Assembly: GCF_006345805.1 (NCBI RefSeq)
Contig: NC_043009.1
Coordinates: 62,310,001 to 62,374,000 of the forward strand
Length of the DNA stretch: 64,000 nucleotides
Direction of reading: 5' to 3'
Origin: Octopus sinensis
Lineage: Eukaryota
Positions 13,324 to 24,908 of the stretch are shown in pieces (positions within the stretch are counted from its first letter, which is position 1; each line of letters starts with the position of its first letter). The position numbers and the translations under genes are program-made. Under the pieces are notes generated by a model, which saw only the letters and a program-made list of their open reading frames with translations, ran no database searches and was not told the origin of the DNA.

Positions 13324-13682
13324 TTTATTAAGGCGGAGGAAATAATAAAATCGTGTTTGTTGTCCGCGGGCAAGATATCTCAAGAACCGCTGGATGGATT
13401 CGGATGAAAGTTTCAGGGATGTTTGGCCTCGTGACTGGCACGAACCGATTAGATTTTGGGATCGATCCGGTACCGGGCAAGGATTCTGGATTATTTTTCC
13501 GGTTTTCTTTTTTTTTTACTTAATTTTTGAGAGCGTTTGGGTTCATTTTTTAGTATTCCCGTTTGTGAGAGCAGTCGAGTTTATTTCAGATATTCTCATT
13601 TTAAAAATCACCTCTGGCTAATCATTGAGAAGACGTTGGTGTTGCCTTGGCAGAGGTTTGCACTGTCTTAGTGCTCTTGTTA
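13324..13682 (+). mobile_element. Non-autonomous DNA element of DINE-1/Helentron-associated or Crypton-like style
   Basis: GTTGTCCG...GATATCTCAAGAACCGCTGGATGGATT...GAAAGTTTCAGG core and 3' CCTTGGCAGAGGTTTGCACT...AGTGC hairpin; class recalled from memory. Confidence 0.45.
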
Positions 13683-13965
13683 TAATTAGTTTGTCAGAAT
13701 TCTTTCGTCTCATATTCTATGACCTCTGTACATTTACACTGAACAAAAAACAAAAAAAAAAAAAAAAAAAAAGAGAGAGAGAAAGGATAAATTCTTGTTG
13801 TAGTCTCTGCTCAATTTCAAATCTCTGTATGGAGTTTATATTCCTTTTGGCTGTTACCAGTTGCTGAGAATAAAATTATTTCAATAATTCTGTAAAAGGC
13901 CGACGAAATATCGATTCTGCCATCTTTGACCATTATTTGGTGAACATAACTTTGTTAAAAGTTAT

Positions 13966-14156
13966 ATACATACATACATACATACATACATACATACATA
14001 CATACACACATAGATACATACATACATACATACATAGATACATACATACATACATACATACACACACATACATACATACATACACACATAGATACATACA
14101 TACATACATACATAGATACATACATACATACATACATACATGCATACATACATACA

Positions 14157-14192
<36 letters not shown>

Positions 14193-14238
14193 TATGGGGA
14201 AAGTAAGAAGGAAAAGAAAAGCGAAAATGCACAAGCCT

Positions 14239-14273
<35 letters not shown>

Positions 14274-14384
14274 TATATTTATTTATTTATTTATTTATTA
14301 TTTATTTATATATTTATTTATTTATTTATTTTTTATTTTTTACGATATCCAATGTTCATTTTCGCTTTTCTTCTTGCTTTCCCC

Positions 14385-14415
<31 letters not shown>

Positions 14416-14833
14416 TGTATGTATGTATGTATGTATGTATGTATGTATGTATGTATGTATGTATGTATGTATGTATGTATGTGTGTGTGTATGTATGTAT
14501 GTATGTATGTATGTATGTATGTATGTATGTATGTATGTGTGTATGTATGTATGTATGTATGTGTGTGTGTATGTATGTATGTATGTATGTATGTATGTAT
14601 GTGTGTGTGTATGTATGTATGTATGTATGTATGTATGTATGTATGTATGTGTGTATGTATGTATGTATGTATGTATGTATGTGTGTGTGTATGTATGTAT
14701 GTATGTATGTATGTATGTATGTATGTATGTATGTATGTATGTGTGTATGTATGTATGTATGTGTGTATGTATGTATGTATGTATGTATGTATGTATGTAC
14801 GTCTGTATGTGTGTGTGTATGTATGTATGTATG
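13966..14833. repeat. Foldback: (CATA)n, 42-bp arm, (TTTA)n, inverted arm, (TATG)n
   Basis: 14192-14233 ATATGGGGAAAGTAAGAAG...AAAAGCGAAAATGCACA is the inverse of 14353-14388. Confidence 0.88.
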
Positions 14834-14857
14834 TGAAACCAACGCTGTCTTTAGTGT

Positions 14858-15075
14858 CAAGGTGGTGAGCTGGCAGAATCGTTACCACGCTGAGCAAAAA
14901 TGCTTAGCGGCCTTTCGTCTGTCTTCACAGTCTGAGTTCAAATTCCACCGAGGTAGACATTGCCTTTTATCTTTACGAGGTCGATAAAATGAGTACCCTG
15001 ATGTAATCGACTTATCTCCTACCACCACCACCACCACCGAGATTGCAGGCCTTGTGCTCATATTTGAAACCATTA
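14858..15075 (+). mobile_element. SINE family B, tail type 2
   Basis: Family B motifs. Confidence 0.85.
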
Positions 15076-15914
15076 TATCTCTCACCTTCACAATGAGGTG
15101 AACATTCATTTAGTTCGCTCATTTTAGTTCTATATTTTGTGTACAGACAATATAACAATTTGATGATTTCATTAAGGCTTCTGCCCCATTTTCCCAAGTT
15201 TCCGCAACTCTCATCTATTCCGGGACCTTTCTTTTCTCTCAGACTATTCACAGCTTTTGTTTTTAAACTTCATGTCTCAGTAGTGGAGGCTCTGGTTCCC
15301 TTAACATAATTTTGATCACTTTCCCGTTTGATCCACATCTGGTATCCTTCTGGTTATCTTCTTATACAATCTATATTTTTGTGTACAGACAACATAACAA
15401 TTTGACAATATAACAATTTCCGTTTGATTCACATCTGGTATCCTTCTGGCTATCTTCTTATACAATCTGTAACAATATTTCTTTCTCTATCTTTCCTTTA
15501 CATCTTTTCCTGCATAAACATATTACCGTCTTTGTTTTTGATATAATTTCGTGATACAAATTTTCTCGTTACCAATTCTTTTGCATTGCAAAGATCTTTA
15601 CTTGCATTTATTATTCAATTCTTCGCAATTCCATCGCAGACTTTGTATATTACTGCTTGTCTTTTATCATCATGACTTGAATTTCATGGCTCAGCAGTTG
15701 ATATCGTCCTTCAGACTAGGATTATATCATATCATTGGTTTTCTTCCAGCAGTGTTATATAATCTTCTTCCAGCAGTGTTATATAATGGTTATATAATGT
15801 CTTGCTGAACTTTTAGCTTTATTCTGCTGTTCTTTCAGGAAAGCTTTCTTCTTTACGTTGTCAAATTTGTTCAAAATGGTTTTTTTCTCTTTTTATTCTT
15901 TAATTTTATTATTA

Positions 15915-16300
15915 TTTGTTTCAGTCATTAGATTGCGGCCATGCTGGGGCACCGCCTTGAAGAATTTTTAGACGAGGTAATTGACGGCAGTACATTTTTT
16001 TTAAAAATCTGGTATTTATCCTATCGCACTGTTTTACCAAACCACCCAGTTACGGGAACGCAAACACACCAACACCGGTTGTCAAACGGTGGTGGCGGCG
16101 TTGGCGGTGGTGGTGAACACACAAATGCACACACAGACATATACAAAGGGCCTTCTTTCAGTTTCCGTCTTCCAAATCCACTCACGAGGCTTTGGTCAAA
16201 CCGAGGTTATAGCGGAAGACACTTCCCCAAGGTGCCAAGCAATGGAACTGAACCCGGAACCATGTGGTTGGGAAGCAAACTTCTTACGGTCACGTTTGCC
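15915..16300 (-). mobile_element. SINE family A, degenerate
   Basis: Reverse complement of family A. Confidence 0.85.
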
Positions 16301-16519
16301 CCTGTTTTATTTCATTTTAGGAACATCTTAATTTGGAATGTTTGCAAGATCACATGGTCCAACTTCATCTTCACCAGTTAAATAGGTGTGGAAAAACAGC
16401 CAAGAGGTATCTCTCCTTGCAACACCTCATCGAACATTTTCTTTAGAATTTCTTTACCATTGAACTTCAGGAAGAGATTCAGTTATGCCAACATGACTTT
16501 TTATTCGTTCTTATTTTTT

Positions 16520-17143
16520 TATTGCCCACAAGGGGCTACACAAAGAGGGGACAAACAAGGACAGACAAACAGATTAAGTCGATTACATCGACCCCAGTGC
16601 GTAAATGGTACTTATTTAATCGACCTCGAAAGGATGAAAAGCAAAGTCAGCCTCGGCGGAATTTTAACTCAGTACGTAACGGCAGACGAAATACTGCCAA
16701 GCATTTCGCCGGCGTGCTAACGCTTCTTATTTTTTTATTGCCCACAAGGGGCTACACAAAGAGGGGACAAACAAGGACAGACAAACGGATTAAGTCGATT
16801 ATATCGACCTCAGTGCGTAACTGGTACTTATTTAATCGACCCCGAAAGGATGAAAGGCAAAGTCGACCTCGGCGAAATTTGAACTCAGAATGTGGCGGCA
16901 GACGAAATACCTATTTCTTTACTACCCACAAGGGGCTATACACAGAGGGGTCAAACAAGGACAGACAAACGGATTAAATCGATTATATCGATCCCAGTGC
17001 GTAACTGGTACTTATTTAATCGACCTCAAAAGGATGAAAGGCAAAGTCGACCTCGGCGAAATTTGAACTCAGAATGTAGCGGCAGACGAAATACGGCTAC
17101 GCATTTCGCCCGGCGTGCTAACGATTCTGCCAGCTCACCGCCT
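16520..17143 (-). mobile_element. SINE family B head-to-tail trimer
   Basis: Three tail-1 units; junctions at ~16725 and 16904-16917. Confidence 0.92.
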
Positions 17144-17708
17144 TAGATTCAGGCTTCTTATTCGTTCTAACAGAAGAATTCCCAGCCCAAAAGTCTAGCC
17201 CAAAAAAGGTAAACATACACAGCATAAAATGGACAGCTAAGACATATATGCATAGTTATACAAAGATTGTAATAATAAATAACAAGAAAACACCTTGCGC
17301 AGGAGTCATAGAAGTACTAGTTAGGCTACGGATGGACGGTCTGCTTAATCAATGCTGACATTGGAGTCAACTACAACAACAAATTAAGCAGTGAAAACAC
17401 GTCCGTCTTGTTTATTCCCTACACACAAATCATCCTTTTCGCTTACTTCTGTAACTATATATTTCTGTCTGTCTGTCTGTCTGTCTGTCTGCCTCTCCTT
17501 TTCTCTTTTCCTCTACACACATGCATACACGCACGCACGCACACACGAATCCACGCACATACGCCCGTACATACACAACACACACGCACACATTAATGTA
17601 TATGTATATTATGTATTCACACCTAGCTACCTGGCTTTATAAATCTTTATAAATCTTTATAGCAACTTAACTACCTACCCACCTACCCACCCATCTAATC
17701 TATCTATG

Positions 17709-17792
<84 letters not shown>

Positions 17793-18022
17793 ATCCGTTC
17801 ACTAAGCAACGTCAACCGGCGGCGCAATTTAAGGGAGACAACTCTATCAGTAACTATTTTATAATTATCTCCCTTACCTTACTTTTAGTTTGAGACAAAC
17901 ATTTCGCTGGAGGTTACATCACTGAAGGAATATATACGATGTGTTTGCTGCTGCTGCTGCTTTTACTCTTTTACGTGATGACGGCGGCGGCGGCGGCGAT
18001 GACGACGACGACGAGGAAGAGG

Positions 18023-19410
18023 ATTTCTATTCTTTTATTGGTTACAAGGGCCCACGATACTGAGAACAATATAGAAGGATGAGATGCATCTCACAGAAAG
18101 TGGTATTTACATCGATCTAAAGGAAACCAACCCCATTAAAGATATGACAAAAAAATATATATATATAAGTAGAATTCACAAAATTTCAACAGGAAAAATT
18201 CCCCAATAACTGACCATTCAGTCCACACAGAATAATTCGCAGGTAGGACCTCACACCGAAAGATCCGGATTACTCAACCATCTCCAAGGCGTCGAAATTG
18301 CCATCCCGCGGTTTATTTCTTCTTACTTACAAAAACCTTGTCAGTATTTGCTCAGACTGACTCGTCAGTCTTGCCACACTCACTCACATTTCTTTAAATC
18401 ACTTGAAAGCAACACTGTCGACCATCACCTTCTTCGTAAAATGGTACTTGAAGATATTGATGAGAATTTGGCCAGGTAGAAGACGGCGAGCTGGCAGAAT
18501 CGTTAACGCGTCGGGCGAAACGCGTAGCCGTATTTTGTCTGCCGTTACGTTCTGAGTTCAAATTCCGCCGAGGTCGACTTTGCCTTTCATCTTTTCGGGG
18601 TCGATAAATTAAGTACCTGTTACGCACTGGGGTCAATATAATCGACTTAATCCGTTTGTCTGTCTTTGTTTGTCCCCTCTGTGTTTAGTCCCTTGTAGGT
18701 AGTAAAGAAATAGGTATTTCGTCTGCCGTTACGTTCTGAATTCAAATTCCGCCGAGGTCGACTTTGTCTTTCATCCTTTTCGGGGTCGATTAAATAAGTA
18801 CCAGTTACGCACTGGGGTCGGTGTAATCGACTTAATCCGTTTGTCTGTCCTTGTTTGTCCCTTCTATGTTTAGCCCCCTGTGGGCAATAAAGAAGTAAAT
18901 TTGGCCAGGTAGGAGAAAGCTTGACTGCAAACGTTTCAGACGAGTCCATTCTTCTTTGTCAAAGAAGCAGACGCGTCGATCTTTACTATGAACTCGGTGG
19001 ACGACTAGATTCGTCCTATGTGTGGAAGCAACTCTTCGACGCAAGCCTACAAATCGCTAAAGCACACACACACCGAAGAAAGACATGTTGGACGATTCTG
19101 TCCGACGGCAAGCATTTCGGAGAGGTTCGGCTTTTGGCGGTTCCATGCCTGTTGAGCTTTTCTCCGGGCCTCTAGGTCCAGTGCTAAAAATCTCCACTGG
19201 CCAACATGGATTTGCCTTTTTAAGTGTCTAGCTTCAAGGCCACCGACTTGTTCTGGCTCCTGTGTACTCCTGAACAGTATAGTTTTTATATTTGAAATAC
19301 TAGACACCATGATAGGGACCTCATACTCGCAACTTCCCGTTGAAGAAATGGCGGAGAGCCATTCTCGTAACAAGCGCTTCGTTTCCAATGCCTCCTCCAT
19401 GTACCTCTTC
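18023..19410 (-). mobile_element. L1/Tx1-clade LINE 3' remnant (ORF2 C-terminal Cys/His region and 3' UTR)
   Basis: RHGTAKSRTSPKCLPSDRIVQHVFLRC / FSDL*ACVEELLPHIGRI / WTRLKRLQSSFLLPGQI, continuing past the SINE as LINIFKYHFTKKV...FKEM*VSVAR; ends CCCTTGTAACCAATAAAAGAAT. Confidence 0.7.
18480..18897 (+). mobile_element. SINE family B dimer with 15-bp TSD
   Basis: AATTTGGCCAGGTAG at 18465-18479 and 18898-18912; junction at 18707-18720. Confidence 0.95.
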
Positions 19411-19595
19411 TAAGAGACTAACTAGTTTCTGATTTTTCTTTTTAGTGAAACCCCACCACCTGTTGTTGATGATGGCCTTCATCAGTTACTGCCTGATACG
19501 AATAATAATAATAATAATGCTGACTGTAGACAACTGACACTTTCCATCATACCCTGCAAAATCAGTTGAAAGTTCTCATCAAATATTGAAAATAA

Positions 19596-19666
<71 letters not shown>

Positions 19667-19684
19667 TGGTGGTGGTGGTGGTGC

Positions 19685-19719
<35 letters not shown>

Positions 19720-19722
<3 letters not shown>

Positions 19723-19950
19723 CCTCGTTCAGGGACTTTTTCAGTGGGACGGGCTACTCGATCTGAAGAAGATTCTAACAGGGCCCCCACCCGCAAGGTC
19801 ATGCGCTGCTTATCTTGATATGAGATCGCCAGGTCACACACATATGGTTGTGATGCACGTGCCTGTCGGGTATATTGGAGCTTCGTGTATTTGTACCCCA
19901 ATATCACTTTGATGGCTTGTATTGCTCTCTCACTCAATAATAATAATAAC
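19720..19950 (+). mobile_element. 3' part of another retroposon ending CTCTCTCACTC(AAT)n
   Basis: GC-richer block between microsatellites ending in a simple-repeat tail. Confidence 0.4.
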
Positions 19951-21362
19951 AACAACAACAACAAATACAACGATGTGTAGTACCACTTTGACACATAGAA
20001 CATACGGAAAATGGAGCTCGCAAAATTCGATATCAAAATCAAATAAGTAGGTATCCGTCGAAAATGATGACGATCTAAAGAAAATACGAAATCTACTTCT
20101 TTGGCCGCACAAATGCAACGAAAATGGAACAAATGGATTTGAGGTCGGTATGTTTCTATACAATATGGATATTTTACACCTATATTCTACCCTTAAAATA
20201 TTCTCGTATAAAATTTGGAGACAAATAAAAAATGATATTGACTCGCAGCAAACTAATCAACTATAGAAATTAAGAATTTTCAAAAGCAACAAATTATCAG
20301 AGACGAAATAGAAGAGCCAAAAGAAAGCATGTACAAGAAAAACATAAATAACCAATAGAAAAACAAAACAATGAAAGTAAAATTATAGTCAGAATGTAAA
20401 CCGTGGCGAATCTAGGCAAAACGAAGAACGAATACTAACCAACAAATATTGAACCTGAACAACACAAACAGCAATATGAATGAAAGGAAATATGAAAATT
20501 ATCAATATGGCAATTTAAGGGTGGAAATAATTGAAGAATTAAAGTCAATATATTTTCCCAGAGATAAGATTGAAATATAAAATAGCAATGGTATAAAACG
20601 TAAATCTGGCTCACCCAGATTTAATGAAAACGGACACGAACATCAATAATACCCGGTTAAACGAAATAATATATGTAACAGCTATGGTAGTTGCAAGGGA
20701 AAATGGGTTTTTCTTCGGTTGTACTCATATAACAACATTAGAATCCTAGTAAAAACACACACATAAAAAAATATACAGAAATGGCTTTTTAAAAGATAAG
20801 AGAAAACATCTCTCACTTCGTTAAGAAATCAATGACAACTGACTCAGCTGAAAGAGGAAAAAGAGACGAATATTAGAGAAATGAAATATAAATAAAAAGA
20901 ACAAAAAAAAAAGAAAGAATTCAAAAACACCTGAAACAAGAGATCCTCGCTAAAATCGCAAAAGAATCGGTTGCTACAAAAAACAACAATTTTTTGGAAC
21001 AAAACAAACATCTCAGCTCCAATCGAAAACAAATTTGTGAATAATTAGGTGAAAATTAAATAGAAATTAATGCAGTAATAACAGAAAACTATAGAACCAT
21101 TCTGGGGGAGAAATATGGATGGCGAAGGAAGCGAATTGACTCAAAGCAACAAATATAGAGCCAAAACGAACGTGAAGAGACCATAAAAACGCAAGATGCA
21201 GTAAATAATACAACTTCTAGCTAAAACATTCAGCAAGAACACTTAAGATAGTAGCAGGGGTTTTTTTTTTCTAAAAGACTGGAGAAGTCGGAGATTATAC
21301 ATGACACTGTGTGAAAAACTATCTTAATTTCCATGACTAAAGAAATGGCAAAGCTTAAATCC

Positions 21363-21574
21363 TTTTCTACTCTAGGCACAAGGCCCGAAAGTTTAGAGGA
21401 GGACTCCAATTGATTAGATCGACCCCAGTACGCAACTGGTACTTAATTTATCGACCCAGTAAGGATGAAAGGCTAAGTCGACCTCGGTGGAATTTGAACT
21501 CAGAACGTTAAGCCAGACGAAATACTGCTAAGCATTTCGCCCAGCGTGCTAACGTTTCTGCCAGCTCGCCGCCT
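21363..21574 (-). mobile_element. SINE family B, tail type 2, 17-bp TSD
   Basis: TGGCAAAGCTTAAATCC at 21346-21362 and 21575-21591. Confidence 0.95.
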
Positions 21575-21704
21575 TGGCAAAGCTTAAATCCCATGACCTA
21601 AAACCTACCTAAACTAACAAATAATTTTGCGATGCAAACAAAAATAGGAAAGAATAAAAACTGTCCTTATTTCTGATAGAAGGAATGTTTCAAGACATTA
21701 TGTC

Positions 21705-21920
21705 GATGAACTGGCAGAATCATTACCGCACCGAAAGAAAAAAAATGCTTAGCGGCATCTCTTCCGACTTCACGTTCCGAGTTCAAATGCCGCGAGGTCG
21801 ACTTTGCCTCTCATCTTTTCGGGGTCGATAAAATAAGTACCAGTTGAGCACTGGGGTTGGTCTAATCGATTTTCACCCTCCCCCACCGTTGTTGGCCTTG
21901 TGCCAAGGCTTTAAGCGAGT
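21705..21920 (+). mobile_element. SINE family B, tail type 2
   Basis: Family B motifs. Confidence 0.85.
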
Positions 21921-22288
21921 ATTTCAAAGCGTTCCTGCTCTCCCCCTCTTTTCTATCGAGCAATAAACACCTTTAACCAAGCTGGACTACGATACAAACG
22001 CTACGGGAAGCAAGCATCAAGTGAGGGAAGTTAATTGACAATAGAAATACCAGACTATATAACGAAAGAGATAAAGGAATTAGACCAGACAGACTTAACA
22101 AAAATACTTAGAAATCAATGTACTGAGCAGAGAAGAAAACAACAATAGAAAAAGAGGTAAGATGGAATACTATAAACACATCAGATTTATACTTAAAACA
22201 GTTAAATACAAGAAAAAAGAAAAGACAGTAAAAGCATCAATACTTGAACTGTTCTTGTAAAAGTAATCGTTATAATAGTCTCAAATGG

Positions 22289-22600
22289 AAGGCGGCGAGT
22301 TGGTAGAATCGTTAGCACGCCGGACGAGATGCTTAGCGGTATTTCGTCTGTCGCTAGGTTCTGAGTTCAAATTCCGATGTAATCGACTTAATCCGTTTGT
22401 CTGTCCTTGTTTATCCTCTCTGTGTGTGTAGTAAAGAAATAGGTATTTCATCCAGCTTTAAGTTGAGTTCAAATTCCACTAAGGTCGACTTTGCCTTTCA
22501 TCCTTTCGGGGTCGATAAATTAAGTATCAGTTGCGTCCTGTGGTCGATCTAATCCCCCTCCCCCAAAATTTCGGGCCTTGTGCCTAGAGCAGAAAAGAAT
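22289..22600 (+). mobile_element. SINE family B heterodimer (deleted tail-1 unit plus tail-2 unit)
   Basis: Junction GAAATAGGTATTTC at 22436-22449. Confidence 0.88.
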
Positions 22601-23384
22601 ATTCTGAAATATTCTGGAAGGTAATGAACAAGCAAGACTAAACTGGAAAACAAGACAAATATTGTTTGCATTTAGAGTGCATCAGCCAAACTCTGTCTTA
22701 GTAAGACGATGAATAGGAAAGGCAAGAGCCTTGTGCCATTAGAAAACTATTGTAAAATATCCACTGTGGGGCAATAAGTGTATCTTGTGAAGAACGATAG
22801 AAAATTAATACAAATAGTTATAAAAAAAAGGAAGAGCAAAATATATTTTCTGTCTTCAAGAAAGCTTCAAGAAATAGGGAAAAAGCATGACCTGGAAAAG
22901 CAGACAGTTGTAAGGAGAGAAAAAAGGATCAAGAAGCACCAGAAAAGATCTCAAAGAACAACAAAGGAACCATAGACTGGAATATGGTAATCTATACAGA
23001 CAAGGAGATCAAGGCAAATCGACCCAAAAATTGTTTAAAAGGATCAACAAAGAATAAAGTACCTCTTAATCGAAATATTAGTCAACAATTGATGGCGGTG
23101 AGTGTCTAAAGGAAACGGATAAATTACCTGAACATAAAGAGAGAAAAATAGTGAAAATCAGAATGTGGTCACTGAAAACAGAAGCGGTTTCTGTAATAAC
23201 AGATGTCATGGGGATTATTGAAATGATGCATACAATACATAACCAAAACATCAGGACTTACAAATATACACAATGTATAAGAAATTGTACTATTAAACAC
23301 TGCATACACTTAAGGTGTGCAAAGTTGCACTCGGCACTGGAATGAATGCATGCGATGAAGATAAGGCTATTGAAGTATAATAAT

Positions 23385-23951
23385 CTTGTCTACTAAAGGT
23401 AGAAGGTCTGAAATTTGACAGGGAAGGGTTAGTCGATTACATAGAGCCCAGCACTCAGCTGGCGCTTATTTTATCAACCCTGAAAGGAAAGTCAACATCG
23501 GAGGCATCTGAACTCAACATAAAGCTAGACGAAATACCTATTTCTTTACTACCCACAAGGAGCTAAACACAGAGAGGACAAACAAGGACAGACAAAGGGA
23601 TTAAGTCGATTATATCGACCCCAGTGCCTAACTGGTACTTAATTTATCGACCCCGAAAGGATGAAAGGTAAATTCGACCTCGGCGGAATTTGAGCTCAGA
23701 ACGTAGCGGCAGACGAAATACCTATTTCTTTACTACCCACAAAGGGCTGAACACAGAGACGACAAACAAGGACAAACGGATTAAGTCGATTATATCGACC
23801 CCAGTGCGTAACTGGTACTTATTTAATCGACCCCGAAAGGATGAAAGGCAAAGTCGACCTCGGCGGAATTTGAACTCAGAACGTAGCGGTAGACGGAATA
23901 CCGCTTAGTATTTTGTCTGGCGTGTTAACGATTCTGCCAGCTCGCCGCCTT
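23385..23951 (-). mobile_element. SINE family B trimer (two young tail-1 units, one degenerate tail-2 unit)
   Basis: Junctions at 23531-23544 and 23715-23728. Confidence 0.92.
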
Positions 23952-24672
23952 ACTATTGATAGATGATGATGATGATGATGATGACTCTTGGAAAGACAGA
24001 TGATCCAGTCTCCCCAATGGACTGAGGCTCTTTGAGAGGTCTTTTGTCCAGAAATATTTTACTTCATTTGAGAACCTTTTGTTTGTTTGTATCTTATCTG
24101 CTGGATGCAAGAAACTGTTCTTGTCGAAGTCCTCCTTCTTCGCTTCTATTACTGTGTTGCAATAATAGCAATTTTAGGTCCTTAATGTTTGTGGAAATTT
24201 TGTGGTATTTTGTTGTTTTTGATCTTTCTTCTGTAGGAGTTTTTGTGTTTGTGAGTTTTTTGTAGTTGTTGCTATTGGTGGTGGTGGTGGTGGTGTGTTT
24301 GTGTATTCGGTTGATTTTTGTTGTTTTTCGTGTTATCGTGTTGGTGGATCTTATTATGTGCCGCTGAGTTGAAAGTTTTTGGATTCCCCTCCCACACCTT
24401 TTTGGTTTTTGTGGTAAGACAATGACTTGTTGTTTTTTGTCTTGACTCCCCTGACGATACACCATTCTCTGATTACCTCCTCCTGCTCGTCGTCATTTGA
24501 TGAAAGTTGGAAAGGCAGTGAGTCGGAGGAGGTTTGTTGGTGGCGCATGTCATCGTTGTTTGTGTTGAGGTGTTTTTTTTTTTTTTTTTTGAGAGAGAAG
24601 GAATTCCTGTAAGGTGCCTTCTCTCGAAATTGACGATGGCTTTCACTGCTTTGCTTTTGATTATGGTTTTTG

Positions 24673-24908
24673 TAAGGCAGCGAGCTGGGAGAAACGTTAG
24701 CACGCCGGGCGAAATGCGTAGCCGTATTTCGTCTGCCGTTACGTTCTGAGTTCAAATTCCGCCGAGGTCGACTTTGCCTTTCATCCTTTCGGGGTCGATA
24801 AATTAAGTACCAGTTAGGCACTGGGGTCGATGTAATCGACTTAATCCTTGTTTGTCCATCCTTGTTTGTCCCCTCTATGTTTAGTCCCTTGTGGGTAATA
24901 AATAAAGA
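24673..24908 (+). mobile_element. SINE family B monomer, tail type 1
   Basis: Near-consensus copy. Confidence 0.92.

Larger units (their letters stand above)
12650..15870 (-). mobile_element. Highly decayed RTE-like LINE broken by later insertions
   Basis: Minus-strand motifs in correct RT order: KAVNSLREKKGPGIDE (~15250), FEIEQRLQQEFILS (~13800, cf. GVRQGCILSP), IHGKFFTNLR*TDFAVL (~12820, cf. NLRYADD). Confidence 0.55.
20000..23320 (+). mobile_element. Decayed RLE-type non-LTR retrotransposon (R4/Dong-like)
   Basis: 22970-23220 reads IDWNMVIYTDKEIKANRP...YLLIEI...KETDKLPEHKE...IRMWSLKTEAVSVITDVMGII (PD-(D/E)xK endonuclease pattern); upstream A-rich strand bias and LSPLF-like RT trace; 5' limit uncertain. 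Confidence 0.7.

Noticed and set aside
13933-14987. Long HTYI/MYVC-repeat ORFs (also 41198-42044, 49577-50235)
   Set aside because: Translations of (CATA)n/(TATG)n microsatellites.
16522-17146. Recurrent ORF RNWYLFNRPRKDERQSRPRRNLNSE as a repeat protein
   Set aside because: Antisense translation of SINE B; frame not kept between copies.
18480-18897. Retrozyme interpretation of SINE B tandem units
   Set aside because: No hammerhead core found on either strand of the ~180-bp unit, and I recognised no other ribozyme class by eye.
19250-19393. Plus-strand peptide ending RNKRFVSNASSMYLF* resembling a neuropeptide precursor
   Set aside because: Lies antisense within the Tx1-like LINE remnant; no splice or signal peptide support.
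19410-19495. Possible minus-strand hammerhead CTGATGA...GAAACTAGT
   Set aside because: No stem I complementarity and no convincing stem II.
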